The notes below the pieces were generated by a model. It ran no database searches, was not told where the DNA came from, and saw only the letters and a list, made by a program, of their open reading frames with translations. Of a DNA stretch of 64,000 nucleotides, positions 28,867 through 39,735 are shown one piece after another. Each line of letters opens with the position of its first letter. The first letter of the stretch is position 1. This stretch comes from Candidatus Marinacidobacterales bacterium (GTDB lineage Bacteria > Acidobacteriota > Vicinamibacteria > Marinacidobacterales > SMYC01), in assembly GCA_965224085.1 (NCBI GenBank), contig CBDCYI010000011.1:832001-896000 (forward strand), in the 5' to 3' direction. Both the position numbers and the translations under genes were made by a program.

Positions 28867-30816
28867 TTGACGAAGAACGAGCGCGGCTACACATTGCTCG
28901 AGGTGCTCATAGCGCTCGGGATCACGCTCGTTGTGATGGCGCTCGTCGCGAGAACGCTCCAAGATGTCGCGCGCATCTTTCGCGCGCAAAGTGATATCGC
29001 TGTTGCCTCGTCCAGCATCACACGTGCGCTCGACGACATCGGCTACGAGCTCACGCTTGCCGGGCAAGGAATAGGTGAAGGCGTCGTCGCGGTAATGCCG
29101 CGCATGCCGGGCGGCGAGGTGAGCTCGTCCGTCCTGACCGTGCGCTCGAACCCGAACCTCACCGCGGGCTATCTCACGTTGGGCCCCGTCGAGACAGACA
29201 CGGAGCTCGCTTTCACGGGCGCGGACGCTTTCGAGCCGGGCGAGACGGTGTTGCTGACGGATGCGCGACGGACCAACGAAGTCGCGGAGGTCGTCCAGCG
29301 GTCGCCGCTTTGGATGAAGCTTCGCTCGCTCGAGACGACGAGTGGCGACTTCCGTTACCGTTTCACCCAGAACGCGGCCACCCGTGCACTGGGGCTGCGC
29401 GAAGTTCGCTATTATTTGCGTGCGTCCGGGGAGGGTGAAGGGAAGGAGCTCGTCAAGGACGTTACGGGTGTGACGAGCCGTGTGCTCGCGCGCGACATCA
29501 TTGGGCTGACGTTCGTCTATCTCGACGCAAACGGGGAGGTCATTACCGCGGCCAAAGTCGAAGATGAGTATCCCGAGCTCGAGACGATAAGGTTGAAGCT
29601 CCAATACTCGGTTAAGACGGGCGCGCTCGAGCCGCTCTCGATTGTGACCGCCGTTTCTTTGAGACCCGCGTCGGGCACGGTGGATCTTGAGCGTCCTGAT
29701 ATCGGGTTCCGGCTGTCGCGGATCATGTACCCGCTCGACCATCCCATAGCCGTTGTGTCTCGTCCCGCCGCGGATCGGGGCGCTGTCGTGGCTGCGGGCA
29801 CGAATCCGCGCCAAGATCCGAGCTATGTCTACACATTCCAAATGGAGCAGCCGTTCATGGGCGCGACCGTGGACAGCGTTGCTTTTTTCGAAGACGTACG
29901 TGGACCGGTCGCGGCGGTTCTCGGGCCCGAGCGAGGACCGCTCGCGGGCTCTTTGTTCGTCGCGGCGGCGGGCTTTCGAATCGGCCACATTACCCGAATG
30001 GTGCCCGACGAGAACGGAGACTTCTCGAGCGAGTCCGAGGTCATTCCGTTCGATGGAACGGACGCCATCGCCCAGGCTTCTGGGATGGCCTTCGGCGTCG
30101 AAGGCGCGCTCTATGTGATGAGCCAGGAAAAAGGGGCGATCTATCGCTATCGATTCGACGGCGCGGGAAAACCTGGAAAGCCCGAGCGGCTGTTCGGCTT
30201 GACGGGAACGCCAGGTCCGGTCGTCGAAGGCAGCGACGGGCATCTTTACTTCCTCATGCAACACGGTGAGCGCGGGAGTGTGTGGCGGATGGCGTTTGAT
30301 GAAACGCTCGAGCCGGTCGAGCCCGAGCTCGTGGGTAGGCTCGATGGAGCGGGCGTTTCGCTAGCACGCGATCCTGTGGAAGGCAGCTTGGTTTGTCTCG
30401 TGCGCGTCAAGAACGGTGACTTCGTGATCTTGGAATTGAGTCGCCTGTGGCTCCGTGAGGCCGACGTTTCGGAGAGAGTGCCGCGGGAGGATCCGCCGGT
30501 GCTCTTTTCGCTACGTGACTGGGTGACGAAGCTCGAAGAAGGCCGCCTCGAGCCGGGCGAGATTCCATTCTCGCTCGGTGAGCTTGCTCAAAAAATGGGC
30601 GTGCTGCGCATCGACAGTCTCGACTTCCTGTCCTTCGACTCACTCGGCTCCCTGTACATGGGAGCGATGGAGGAAAACCTTGTTCTGAAGTTCCAGCTCG
30701 CACGGCCTTCGCGCCGCTACGCAGTGGGTGTCGCTGCCGGCGTGGTCGAGCGCGGCGCGGGACTGAGCCCCATGGTTCGGATCCATGCTTGGCGCGAGAG
30801 AGTGCCGGGGCTCTAG
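28867..30816 (+). CDS. PilW-like prepilin with a long C-terminal beta-propeller-like extension
   Basis: Class III signal ERG|YTLLEVLIAL; repeats such as GMAFGVEGALYV, VEGSDGHLYF and SFDSLGSLYM. Confidence 0.8.
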   Translation: MTKNERGYTLLEVLIALGITLVVMALVARTLQDVARIFRAQSDIAVASSSITRALDDIGYELTLAGQGIGEGVVAVMPRMPGGEVSSSVLTVRSNPNLTAGYLTLGPVETDTELAFTGADAFEPGETVLLTDARRTNEVAEVVQRSPLWMKLRSLETTSGDFRYRFTQNAATRALGLREVRYYLRASGEGEGKELVKDVTGVTSRVLARDIIGLTFVYLDANGEVITAAKVEDEYPELETIRLKLQYSVKTGALEPLSIVTAVSLRPASGTVDLERPDIGFRLSRIMYPLDHPIAVVSRPAADRGAVVAAGTNPRQDPSYVYTFQMEQPFMGATVDSVAFFEDVRGPVAAVLGPERGPLAGSLFVAAAGFRIGHITRMVPDENGDFSSESEVIPFDGTDAIAQASGMAFGVEGALYVMSQEKGAIYRYRFDGAGKPGKPERLFGLTGTPGPVVEGSDGHLYFLMQHGERGSVWRMAFDETLEPVEPELVGRLDGAGVSLARDPVEGSLVCLVRVKNGDFVILELSRLWLREADVSERVPREDPPVLFSLRDWVTKLEEGRLEPGEIPFSLGELAQKMGVLRIDSLDFLSFDSLGSLYMGAMEENLVLKFQLARPSRRYAVGVAAGVVERGAGLSPMVRIHAWRERVPGL

Positions 30817-32575
30817 ATGCAAAAAAGTGAACGCGGTAGTGCTCTCATCGTCGTGCTTCATCGCGTCGAAACGATGTCGCGAACGCGATCTGGTTATCGC
30901 CATGATTGCCGAGCAACTCATTCATCCCAGCTCGAAGTTGGGCACGACACGACTGTGGCACACGACAACGCTGGCGCAAGAGCTCGGCGTGGTCGATGCG
31001 GACGAAGATGATCTCTATGCGGCAATGGATTGGTTGATCCAGCGCCAGTCTCGGATCGAAAAGAAGCTGGCGAGTCGACACCTTTCCGAGGGTGCACAGG
31101 TGCTTTACGATGTGAGCAGTAGCTACTATGAAGGACGCACCTGTCCACTGGCTCTTTTCGGCTACGGCCGAGATGGTAAAAAGGGCAAACCCATCGTTGT
31201 CTATGGAGTGTTAACGGACCACGAAGGACGTCCCGTGGCCGTGGAGGTCTACCCGGGGAACACAGGGGATCCGACGACACTGCCGGATCAAGTACAAAAG
31301 CTTCGTGAGCGTTTTGAGCTTCAACAGGTGGTGCTGGTTGGTGACCGGGGCTTGCTCACTCAGACTCAGATTAAGGCTCTAAGGCAATACCCAGGACTTG
31401 GCTGGATCTCAGCCTTGCGTTCGACAGCGATTCGCAAACTACTGGACACGGAGTGTTTGCAGCTGTCGCTGTTCGACCAAAAAAACCTGGCGGAGATCAC
31501 TTCTATTGATTTTCCCGGTGAGCGACTGATTGCTTGCTACAACCCTCTGCTGGCCGAAGAGAGGCGAAGGAAGCGCCAGGCCCTGCTTGAAGCGACCGAG
31601 GCCAAGTTCGACAAGATCCGCCGACAGGTTGCCCGGCGAACGAAAACTCCTTTGGACAAAGCTGAAATTGGCAAGAAGGTCGGAAAGGTGCTCAACCATT
31701 ACAAAGTGGGCAAGCACTTCACACTGAAGATCGAAGATAGCCTTTTTAGCTACAGCAGACGCGAGGAAAGCATTCGCCGAGAATCGGAACGCGACGGCAT
31801 CTACGTAATCCGCACCAGCGAGCCGCTTGAGCATCTCTCGGCCGAGGACACCGTGCGCAGCTACAAGCGGCTCTCTCAGGTTGAACAAGCCTTTCGTTGT
31901 TTGAAGGGCATCGACCTGTTAGTACGACCCATCCGCCATCGCGATGCCCAACGCGTGCGGGCACACATCTTCTTGTGCTTGCTCGCCTACTATGTGCAAT
32001 GGCACATGAAAAAGGCCCTTGCTCCACTACTTTTCGTCGACGAGCAACTTGACGCCGACCGCGAGACCCGAGACCCCGTCTTGCCAGCTCTGCCCTCGAC
32101 TTCGGCCAAAAACAAAAAGAGCGTCCGTCGCACATCTGACGGATTACCTATTCACAGTTTCCCCACGCTTCTTGCCGAGCTTGCTACCCGCAGTCTCAAC
32201 CTTTGCCAACTCAAAGCCGACCCGACCGCTCCACCATTCCAGATGGTGACCGAAGCCAACTCAACACAACAACGCGCAATGCAACTGCTCGGTTTGTTCC
32301 CAGTGCCGGGAAACCTTCCCTGATGAAAAACTCCACGCGTTCAATACATTACGTCTGGCCTAAGCCGGGAACTTCCGCCTAGAGGTTGCGGGAATCAACA
32401 GCGAGGGCCGCTTCGTCTACCGCTATCGAAAGCTCGAGATCTACGTCGTTCGGATCGACGTCTCCCGCCGCGCCCGACGCTTCCCGCTGTCCGTCTCTAC
32501 GGCGTTGTTGCGAGGCTCCCGGACGACACCTTCGAAACGTTGGGCGTCACGGTGAAACGCGGCTATTTCGATTAA
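30817..32575 (+). pseudogene. PilX-like gene disrupted by IS1634 and a deletion
   Basis: MQKSERGSALIVVL at 30817-30858, then transposase sequence. A coding-like tail (GINSEGRFVYRYRKLEIYVV...VKRGYFD*) resumes after ~32383. Confidence 0.6.
30859..32382 (+). mobile_element. 5'-truncated IS1634 family element
   Basis: Transposase with LYDVSSSYYEG, GYGRDGK, VGDRG, DGIYVIRT, YKRLSQVEQAFR and VRAHIFLC ends at 32323. The N-terminal part and left end are missing; the putative right end is AACTTCCGCCTAG. Confidence 0.85.
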
Positions 32576-33898
32576 GGAAATGCCCACCGCAACGTCATCA
32601 AAAACTCGTCATGCCCGATCTGTTTGCTCGCTTCGATATCGTTAAACGCATATTCCAACAGAAGGTCGACGTTTTGTTGGATCGCAACGCGCATGCCGAC
32701 ATCGATCTTCGTCCAATCCCACATGATGCTCGGTGCGACGAATCCACGCGGCGCTCGAAAATCGTTCTCGAGCCGGCTCACGCGCAGGACGGGCTCGATG
32801 GCCGTAAAGAGCGCGCCGGGGTCACCCGCATCGCCCGTAGCGATCTCGTAACCGAGCTCGAGCTCGATCCCCCTTCTCGGAAGTGACGCAACTTCCTCGT
32901 CGACATATTGCAAGAACAAACCCAAGCCATTGAATTCCGCGTCGATGTTAAAGCCCCATTCACGCCGTCTATCACCTTCGATAGGAAGGCTTGCGCCGCT
33001 GCCGTTGAGAAGATCCAAGTCGCCTTCGTAAAACGTTCCGTTGAGGTGCGCGGCCTCCGAAAGCGTCGTTTGGTAGTAGAACCCGAGCACGTCGAGCCCT
33101 CTTCGCTGATCCTCGGATACGAAGCGGATGCCCGCACCGAAACCGCCTTCGAGATTCTCGCCGAAACCGATCTCCTCGACCTCGGCGTGATACAGAATCG
33201 GGAAGCCTGATTCGAGAGTGATGTCCGGGTTCGGCGGAAGCTCGACCCCGTTATCTCCCGCGAGCGCGTTTGGATCGCGAAAGAAGGTCGGGTTGCCGCT
33301 TGAGACTTGAGCACGAAAGTACACAAGGCTTCCGAGACTCCCGCCGACTTGGAGCTGAACGTCGTTGAAGCGATTGAACGACGTCGCGACGAGCCCATAG
33401 CTCTCGAGGCGACGGATCAGTTGGCGTTCGACCTTGGGAGCCTTTCCGAACAAAGCGTAGAGATGGCTCCCCGGGACGGGCTCGAGCGACTCGTATTTAG
33501 CCCCGAAACGGAGATAGGCCTCCTCGACGTCGACTTTCTGGTCCGAGCTCGTCGGGTTACGGTTGTAGATGTCGATGAAATCGATCCGTACGCGCCCGAA
33601 GATGGCGCGCGGAAAGTCGGCCTCGATAAAAATCGTTGCACGGCTCAGCTCGAGGGACGAGCCGGGCGAGACCGTGCGCATCGATACGTGGTCGCGCCCC
33701 TGGGGCGCGAAGTTGGGAGGAAAAAACGGGAGGATGAGCTCGTCATCCTCGGACCATCGATAGTGCGCATTGATCTCGCCAGAGATACGAAAGTCGATGC
33801 CCTCCGGCTCCTGAAAGGGCTCTTCGTCATCGTCTTGCGCAAAAAAGCTTCCCAAAAACCACAAAGAGCGTGAGCAGCAACACCAATAATGGACGCAT
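32572..33898 (-). CDS. outer-membrane beta-barrel (porin-like) protein; signal peptide offset by one base in a T-run
   Basis: Amphipathic strands and C-terminal MTLRWAFP. Removing one T near 33855 gives MRPLLVLLLTLFVVLGSFFAQDDD from ATG 33898. Confidence 0.7.
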
Positions 33899-34172
33899 GG
33901 TTTTCAGGGTTCGGGCAAGAACAAATGCCGATTCTTGGGCCCAATCTTATAAAGGGCGCCCGTATGGCAGGGTGCGAGAGCAAATAATATCGAGATATGT
34001 GCTTGTCAACCAAGAGCCGAGCAACGAAGCCAGACGGCATAGAGTGTCCGAGAATCGGTAGTTTTTCGTGCCCGCTCCCTTAGGGATGGTATGGTTAGCG
34101 CGTGGCGCCGTCAAGTCGCGCGCGCACGAGCTTGTGCTACCATGTAGCACTTCTTCCGACGGGGCGTGATCG

Positions 34173-34842
34173 ATGCACCGATATTTCTTCTTCTTTCTTT
34201 TCGTAAATGGCGTTGGGTCCGGAGAGGCTCGCGGCCCAAATCTCGGGCCGCGTCGTGCTTCTCGAGAAGGACGGCGTCGAGCGCAAAGCTTCGACAGACG
34301 TCCTCGTTTATATAGAGGACGCCGGCGTGCCCGCTCCTTCGGAGGCGAGCGCGCGGACGGTCACCATCAGATCCAAGAACAAGAAATTCGAGCCTCACGT
34401 GACCGCGGTGACGGTCGGGATGGGCATCGAGTTTCCGAATCTGGACAACATCATGCACAACGTGTTCTCGATCTCGAAGGGGAACAGGTTCGATCTCGGC
34501 CTCTACAAATCGGGAGCCAAGAAGGACTTCGTGTTCGAGAATACCGGCCTTGTTCGGGTGTACTGCAACATCCATCCGCACATGAGCGCCTTCGTGCAAG
34601 TGTTGCCGAACGCGTATTACGCCTGGGTTGCCCCTGACGGAAGCTTCCGCATCGACGATGTGCCACAAGGTACTTTCTCCCTCGCCGTGTGGCACGAGCA
34701 AGGCTCGACGCGGCAACCCGTCGTCGTCACCGATCAGGGGGCGAGCGGTGTGCGCATCGAGCTCGACGTCTCGAAATACAAGAAGCGCCCACACTTGAAC
34801 AAATTCGGCAAGCCTTACAAGAGGAAGCGTGGCAAGTACTGA
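34173..34842 (+). CDS. periplasmic cupredoxin-like (MauL-like) protein with a carboxypeptidase-regulatory-like domain
   Basis: FPNLDNIMHNVFS...YCNIHPHM (His/Cys/His/Met). The main frame starts at 34207; the hydrophobic leader from 34173 is offset by one base. Confidence 0.8.
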
Positions 34843-37486
34843 TTCGTTCTGGTCTCGCTTGGGCCTACAGGCCAAGATCTTCCTTCTCTCACTGCTGGTA
34901 GTGGTCGGGCTGACCGGATCGCTTCTGCTCTTCTCGTTTCAACGCGCGGACGCTTTGGCTAGGGAATCACTACGCACTGCGCTCGCGAGCACCCGCGGTC
35001 TGTTTGAGAATCTCGAGGCTGATCGCATCGACAAGCTCTCGCTCATCAATTCCGTCATCGTGGAGAGCCCTTATTTCAAAGCGGCCGTGGCCGAGTTGGA
35101 CGAGGCCACGACGCTCGATACCGCGAGAACGATGATGGACCAAGTCGGGAGCGACTTCATGATCGTGACCGACTATGAAGGCCTCGTGGTGGCCCGCACG
35201 GATCTTCCAGCGTCGGCCGGATTGGATTTGTCCGAAGATCCGCTCGTGGCTTACGCGCTCGGCGGCGAAGAGGTCGGGGGCGTCTGGCACGAAGGCGAGC
35301 GGCTCTATCACGCAGTGTCGATTCCGATCCTTATCGGCCCCGAGCTTCTCGGGTCGGTCGTTTCGGGCTACGAAATCGGAGACGTGCTCGCCGGGGATAT
35401 CAAGCGGTTCGCCAATAGCGAAGTCGTCTTCTTCATGAAAACCGCGAGTGGCTTCGAGCAGGCCGGCTCGACGCTCGCCGAGAACACAAAGACCCTCGCT
35501 TCCTGGCTCGACGCGGAGACGATGCCGACGGACGCTGAAGATGTGCGCATCGAGCTGACGGGCCAGACCTATCAGGCTGTCTTCGCTCCGCTTCTCACCG
35601 CGGAAGGAGAGAGTGCGGGAGTCTTTGCCGCGCTCCGCTCACGCGACCGTGAGCTCGCGGCGTTTCGAACGTTCCAGCAAAGTGTCGCGCTCGCGGGCCT
35701 TCTCGGCATCGGCCTCGCCGCTCTCGCGAGCCATCTCGTTGCGCGGGGCCTCGCACAGCCCATTCGTGACCTCGTGGAAGTGACCAATCGGATCCGGGAA
35801 GGCGACTATGCGAGCGACGTCGAGATTCGCTCGGCCGACGAGATTGGGGCACTCGCCAAATCCTTTCGCATTCTCTTGCGCGAGCTTCGGGAAAAACAGG
35901 AAATGGAAAAGTTCATTTCCCAATCCGCGGCCGAGATGATCCAGCGTTCGGGAGCCAATATCGGCGCCGGGGAGCGTCAGCCGGTCACGGTCTTGTTCTC
36001 GGACTTGAAATCACACGCGGCGTTTCGCGATGGTACCGAAAAGCCTGTCGAAGTGCTGTCGCGAGTGAACGACGCTTTGAGCGGCCAAGCGGAGCTGGTC
36101 ACACGCTATGGCGGTCTCGTCGACAAGTTCATCGGCGATCGGATGATGGCTGTTTTCAAAGGCGGGGATCGTGTGTGGCCCGCGGTCCGCTGCGCCATTT
36201 CGATCCAGCACTTGATGGAGCTCGACGACAAAGACCCGGATAGCGTGCTCGTTCCAGGTATCGGCGTGAGCGCGGGCGATGCCGTCTTCGGAGCCGTCGG
36301 GAGCAACGATCGTCTCGACTATTCGCTGCTCGGCCCGGCGGTCCACATCGCGGGACGGCTTGCCTCCGACGCGCTCCCCGGGGACGTATTGCTGTCCCAA
36401 GACGCGTTCGAAACGGTCAAAGATCGGATGTCGGGCGAAGCGCTAGCGCCGATGAAGCTGCACGGCTTCGACGAGCCAGTCGGCGTGTTCAGCCTCGCCA
36501 CGGGAACGACGCGCCAGAGCCAAATCTTCGAGGCGCGCTCGGCCGCGGCGCCGGATGGGGAAGTGACGTGGGTAGCGGGCGCCAGGGGACAAGAGGATCC
36601 AGACCGGCCGGCAATGACGCTGAGCTCCCTCGAGCCCGGGACGATCCTCGCCAAGCGCTACGAGATTCGACGCGTTCTTGGCAGCGGCGGGATGGGTATG
36701 GTCTTTCAAGCCCATGATCGCGATTTGGACGAGCCGGTGGCGCTCAAAGTGTTGCGTCCGGAGACTTTGTCGCTGGACCCGAGCATTCTCGAGCGATTCA
36801 AAACAGAGATTCGCGTCGCACGGCGCATCGCGCATCGCAACATCGTCCGCACGTACGATTTCGGGGAAGCGGACGGCATCCAGTTCATCAGCATGGAATT
36901 CGTGCAAGGCATGACCCTCAAGCAGCTGATCCGGAGCCGCGGCCGTTTGCCGCTCAAAGTGGGTCTCCAGATTGCGAAGCAGATGTGCACTGGCCTTGCA
37001 GCCGCTCATGAGGCCAAAGTCGTGCATCGCGACGTCAAACCGCAGAACATCATGCTCACCCATCAGAGCGATGTAAAGCTCATGGACTTTGGCATCGTGC
37101 GGGAGCAAGAAAAAGTCAGCAGGACCCAGACTGGGCTCGTGATGGGCACCCCGGATTACATGTCGCCCGAGCAAGCCCAGGGAAAGAGCGGTCTCGATTT
37201 CCGGAGCGACATCTATTCGGTCGGGGTCGTGTTCTTCGAGATGTTCACCGGCGGTCTGCCGTTCTCGGGCGATTCCGCTTTCAGCGTCGCTTTGAAGCAC
37301 GTCCAGGAATTGGCTCCGACGCCGCGCTCGGTGAACGCGAAAATCCCCGAAGCTCTCGACGGTATCATCGTCCGCTGCATGGCGAAAGATCCGGCGACGC
37401 GCTTTCAACAGATCGGCGAGCTCCAGGCGGATCTCTATCGGATTTCGAACACGGCCAGCGTCGCCGCAAAGTTGACCCCCGCGTAG
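34829..37486 (+). CDS. TM-Cache-like-TM-HAMP-class III nucleotide cyclase-Ser/Thr kinase fusion
   Basis: HAMP (DEIGALAKSF); cyclase (LFSDL, DKFIGD, GPAVHIAGRL); kinase (GSGGMG, ALK, HRDVKPQN, DFG, GTPDYMSPEQ). Confidence 0.9.
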   Translation: MASTDSFWSRLGLQAKIFLLSLLVVVGLTGSLLLFSFQRADALARESLRTALASTRGLFENLEADRIDKLSLINSVIVESPYFKAAVAELDEATTLDTARTMMDQVGSDFMIVTDYEGLVVARTDLPASAGLDLSEDPLVAYALGGEEVGGVWHEGERLYHAVSIPILIGPELLGSVVSGYEIGDVLAGDIKRFANSEVVFFMKTASGFEQAGSTLAENTKTLASWLDAETMPTDAEDVRIELTGQTYQAVFAPLLTAEGESAGVFAALRSRDRELAAFRTFQQSVALAGLLGIGLAALASHLVARGLAQPIRDLVEVTNRIREGDYASDVEIRSADEIGALAKSFRILLRELREKQEMEKFISQSAAEMIQRSGANIGAGERQPVTVLFSDLKSHAAFRDGTEKPVEVLSRVNDALSGQAELVTRYGGLVDKFIGDRMMAVFKGGDRVWPAVRCAISIQHLMELDDKDPDSVLVPGIGVSAGDAVFGAVGSNDRLDYSLLGPAVHIAGRLASDALPGDVLLSQDAFETVKDRMSGEALAPMKLHGFDEPVGVFSLATGTTRQSQIFEARSAAAPDGEVTWVAGARGQEDPDRPAMTLSSLEPGTILAKRYEIRRVLGSGGMGMVFQAHDRDLDEPVALKVLRPETLSLDPSILERFKTEIRVARRIAHRNIVRTYDFGEADGIQFISMEFVQGMTLKQLIRSRGRLPLKVGLQIAKQMCTGLAAAHEAKVVHRDVKPQNIMLTHQSDVKLMDFGIVREQEKVSRTQTGLVMGTPDYMSPEQAQGKSGLDFRSDIYSVGVVFFEMFTGGLPFSGDSAFSVALKHVQELAPTPRSVNAKIPEALDGIIVRCMAKDPATRFQQIGELQADLYRISNTASVAAKLTPA

Positions 37487-37562
37487 CCAGCCCCTATCAT
37501 TAGAGAAATCCGAAAATGCGTCACTGAGTGGACCGAAGCTCGCGTCGTTTCGCGCGCCGGTC

Positions 37563-38693
37563 GTGAATCTCGTCCCGGAGACTTCCAACATCGTGTCCAT
37601 AGAGTTGGGATTGAACAGAAGAAGCTCGGGAGAGCTATTGGCTCTCGTCGGCCGCGAAATCGAGTCGCCTCTCGCGGCGCTCTTGGCCAAGGTTCGCGCC
37701 TTCGACCAGAAACATGAAGAGGGCGGCCGCGCGGCCGAGCTCGTGGAGCTCGGACGCGTGCTCGAAGGCGTCCTCGAGCCGCTCATAGCGCTCGCGGTTT
37801 ACGAGCGAGCCGCCGGGCCTTCGCTGCTCGAGCGCGTTGCTCTGACTGCGATGCTCGAGACCATCGCCAAGAAACCGCGGCTCGCCGGTAGGTTCCGTTT
37901 GTCGATTCGGGGCGAGCTCGGGACGAGTATCGTAGATCCGAAGCGTCTCGAGCAAGGGCTCGAGCTCTTCATGCAGCTCGTGTCGGGGATGTCGTCCGTG
38001 AACACACGGCTCGAAGCGCGCCGCGAAGTGCATGCTTCGACCGATCACATGGTCCTCGTGGCGCGCACGATGGACGGTGCTGCGAGAGCGAATGATATTC
38101 AGATCGCACTCGTGCAGAGATTGGCCGAATTGATGCACGGAGTCCTCGAGATCGAGAAAGACGATGGCGAGGTCACGCTACGCCTGTCCCTTGCTGTCAG
38201 TCACTCTCCGGCAGCCTCTGACGATGAGGTAGCGGTGAGAGCTCCCGTACTCGCTTTCCCCCCGCCGAGTTCGGCCACAGCCAAGGAAAAGGAAGCAGAA
38301 ATCGCGCCCAAGGAGCTTCCGCCCGTCATACTCGTCGCAGATCGCGAGCCGGCCGCGCGGGACTATATGTCCCGACTGCTCGTCGTCGAAGGCTACGAGG
38401 TCGTGACAGCTTCAACGCTCGAAGAGGCCTACGAGCGCGCTCGCGCGATTCGCCCGGACGTCATCACGCTCGATCACATGCAGCTACGGCTGGACGCAGT
38501 CGATTGGTTTAAGCGCTTCAAGGACGATCCTGCGGTCGCGAACATCCCTATCGTGTTGATCCGGAGTCCGGACTTCGAAGAATCGGTCGGACCCCTACGC
38601 GCTGCAGAGCTCGTGGACAAACCCATCGAACCCGATGAGCTCGTGCGCGCAATCGAACGGCAGACGAGAGCACGTCTTTCGACTAACACCTGA
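37563..38693 (+). CDS. degenerate histidine-kinase-like domain plus C-terminal receiver
   Basis: GREIESPLAAL at the H-box position, no G-boxes, and a receiver with DVITLD and KP. Confidence 0.7.
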   Translation: MNLVPETSNIVSIELGLNRRSSGELLALVGREIESPLAALLAKVRAFDQKHEEGGRAAELVELGRVLEGVLEPLIALAVYERAAGPSLLERVALTAMLETIAKKPRLAGRFRLSIRGELGTSIVDPKRLEQGLELFMQLVSGMSSVNTRLEARREVHASTDHMVLVARTMDGAARANDIQIALVQRLAELMHGVLEIEKDDGEVTLRLSLAVSHSPAASDDEVAVRAPVLAFPPPSSATAKEKEAEIAPKELPPVILVADREPAARDYMSRLLVVEGYEVVTASTLEEAYERARAIRPDVITLDHMQLRLDAVDWFKRFKDDPAVANIPIVLIRSPDFEESVGPLRAAELVDKPIEPDELVRAIERQTRARLSTNT

Positions 38694-38705
38694 AAAACAG
38701 CGGGC

Positions 38706-39581
38706 TCACTTGTGTCGCGGAGCGCTCGGGTAATTGATGCGGATGTTCACGATCCCGAGCTCGACCCGCCGGTTCTTGGCACGCGCGTCGTCGGAAGTGC
38801 CTTGAACGAGAGGCTGCTTCTTGCCCCAGCCTTGGACGCTTAGAATTTCTTCGCTGATTTTGGCCTCGACGAGGTAATCGCGAACGGCGGCGGCGCGGCG
38901 CTCCGAGAGCCCGTCATTATATTCGTCGCTGCCGACGTCGTCGGTATGTCCGTTGATCGCGATCGTGTAGTCCTGCGACGTGAGAAGGATTCCGGCGATT
39001 CGGCTCAATAGCTCTTTGTCCTCCGGCTTCAAATCCGCTTTGTCGAAGTCGAATTTGAGCGTATCCTCGCCGAGATTCATCACGATCCCGAGCGCCGTGC
39101 GCCGTGTGTCTGCGATCTTGCCGAGTGCTTCTTCGAGACGGTCGAGCTCCGCTTGCGCTTCCGCGCGGATACGATCGGCCTCCGCGCGCGCGCGGGCGGC
39201 TTCCTCCCGCGACGTGACGGCATCAGCTCGCGACGTGGCGGCATCAGCTCGCGACGTGGCAGCATCTTCACGAGCGGCCAACACGTCTTCCTCGGCGCGG
39301 GCCGCATCCGCTTCGGCGAGCTGGCGCCCTTCCGCGGCTTGGCGGGCCGCCTCTTCCGCACGCACGGCACGCGCCAGCGCGCGCTCCGAGGCATCGGTCG
39401 CCTCGATCGCTTGCGTGCTCAAATCTCCGATTTGCGATTCGATGGCGTCCAGTTGACCTAGAACCTGTAATCCGAGAAAGCCCACCGCGGCGAGCAGCAA
39501 AACGAAAGCGACCAGCACGAGCGACAGCTTGGGGCTCTTGCCGCCCGTCGTCGTCGATCCGGTATCCGTCGTAAGACTCAT
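38706..39581 (-). CDS. OmpA/MotB-like peptidoglycan-binding protein with TM anchor and coiled stalk
   Basis: FDFDKA, GHTD, LSERRA and NRRVE motifs; Ala/Glu/Arg-rich stalk containing a 21-bp tandem repeat (DAATSRA). Confidence 0.9.
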   Translation of the reverse strand: MSLTTDTGSTTTGGKSPKLSLVLVAFVLLLAAVGFLGLQVLGQLDAIESQIGDLSTQAIEATDASERALARAVRAEEAARQAAEGRQLAEADAARAEEDVLAAREDAATSRADAATSRADAVTSREEAARARAEADRIRAEAQAELDRLEEALGKIADTRRTALGIVMNLGEDTLKFDFDKADLKPEDKELLSRIAGILLTSQDYTIAINGHTDDVGSDEYNDGLSERRAAAVRDYLVEAKISEEILSVQGWGKKQPLVQGTSDDARAKNRRVELGIVNIRINYPSAPRHK

Positions 39582-39735
39582 GCTCTTCCTATCTTTGTTC
39601 GTTCGAAGCTTGTTGGTGGCTCGTTAGCCTTGCGCGCGTTGCTTCCAGCTTAGCGCAAACGACGTCAAGGGACTATCAATGTGTATCAATATGTATCGAT
39701 ATGCATCGTGGAGAGGAGACGGTCGCGTGTGGACG

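Noticed and set aside
39208-39268. 21-bp tandem repeat in the OmpA-like gene
   Set aside because: An ordinary heptad expansion in a coiled-coil stalk.
39675-39708. 10-bp imperfect repeat ATCAATRTGT
   Set aside because: Short intergenic low-complexity sequence with no supportable function.
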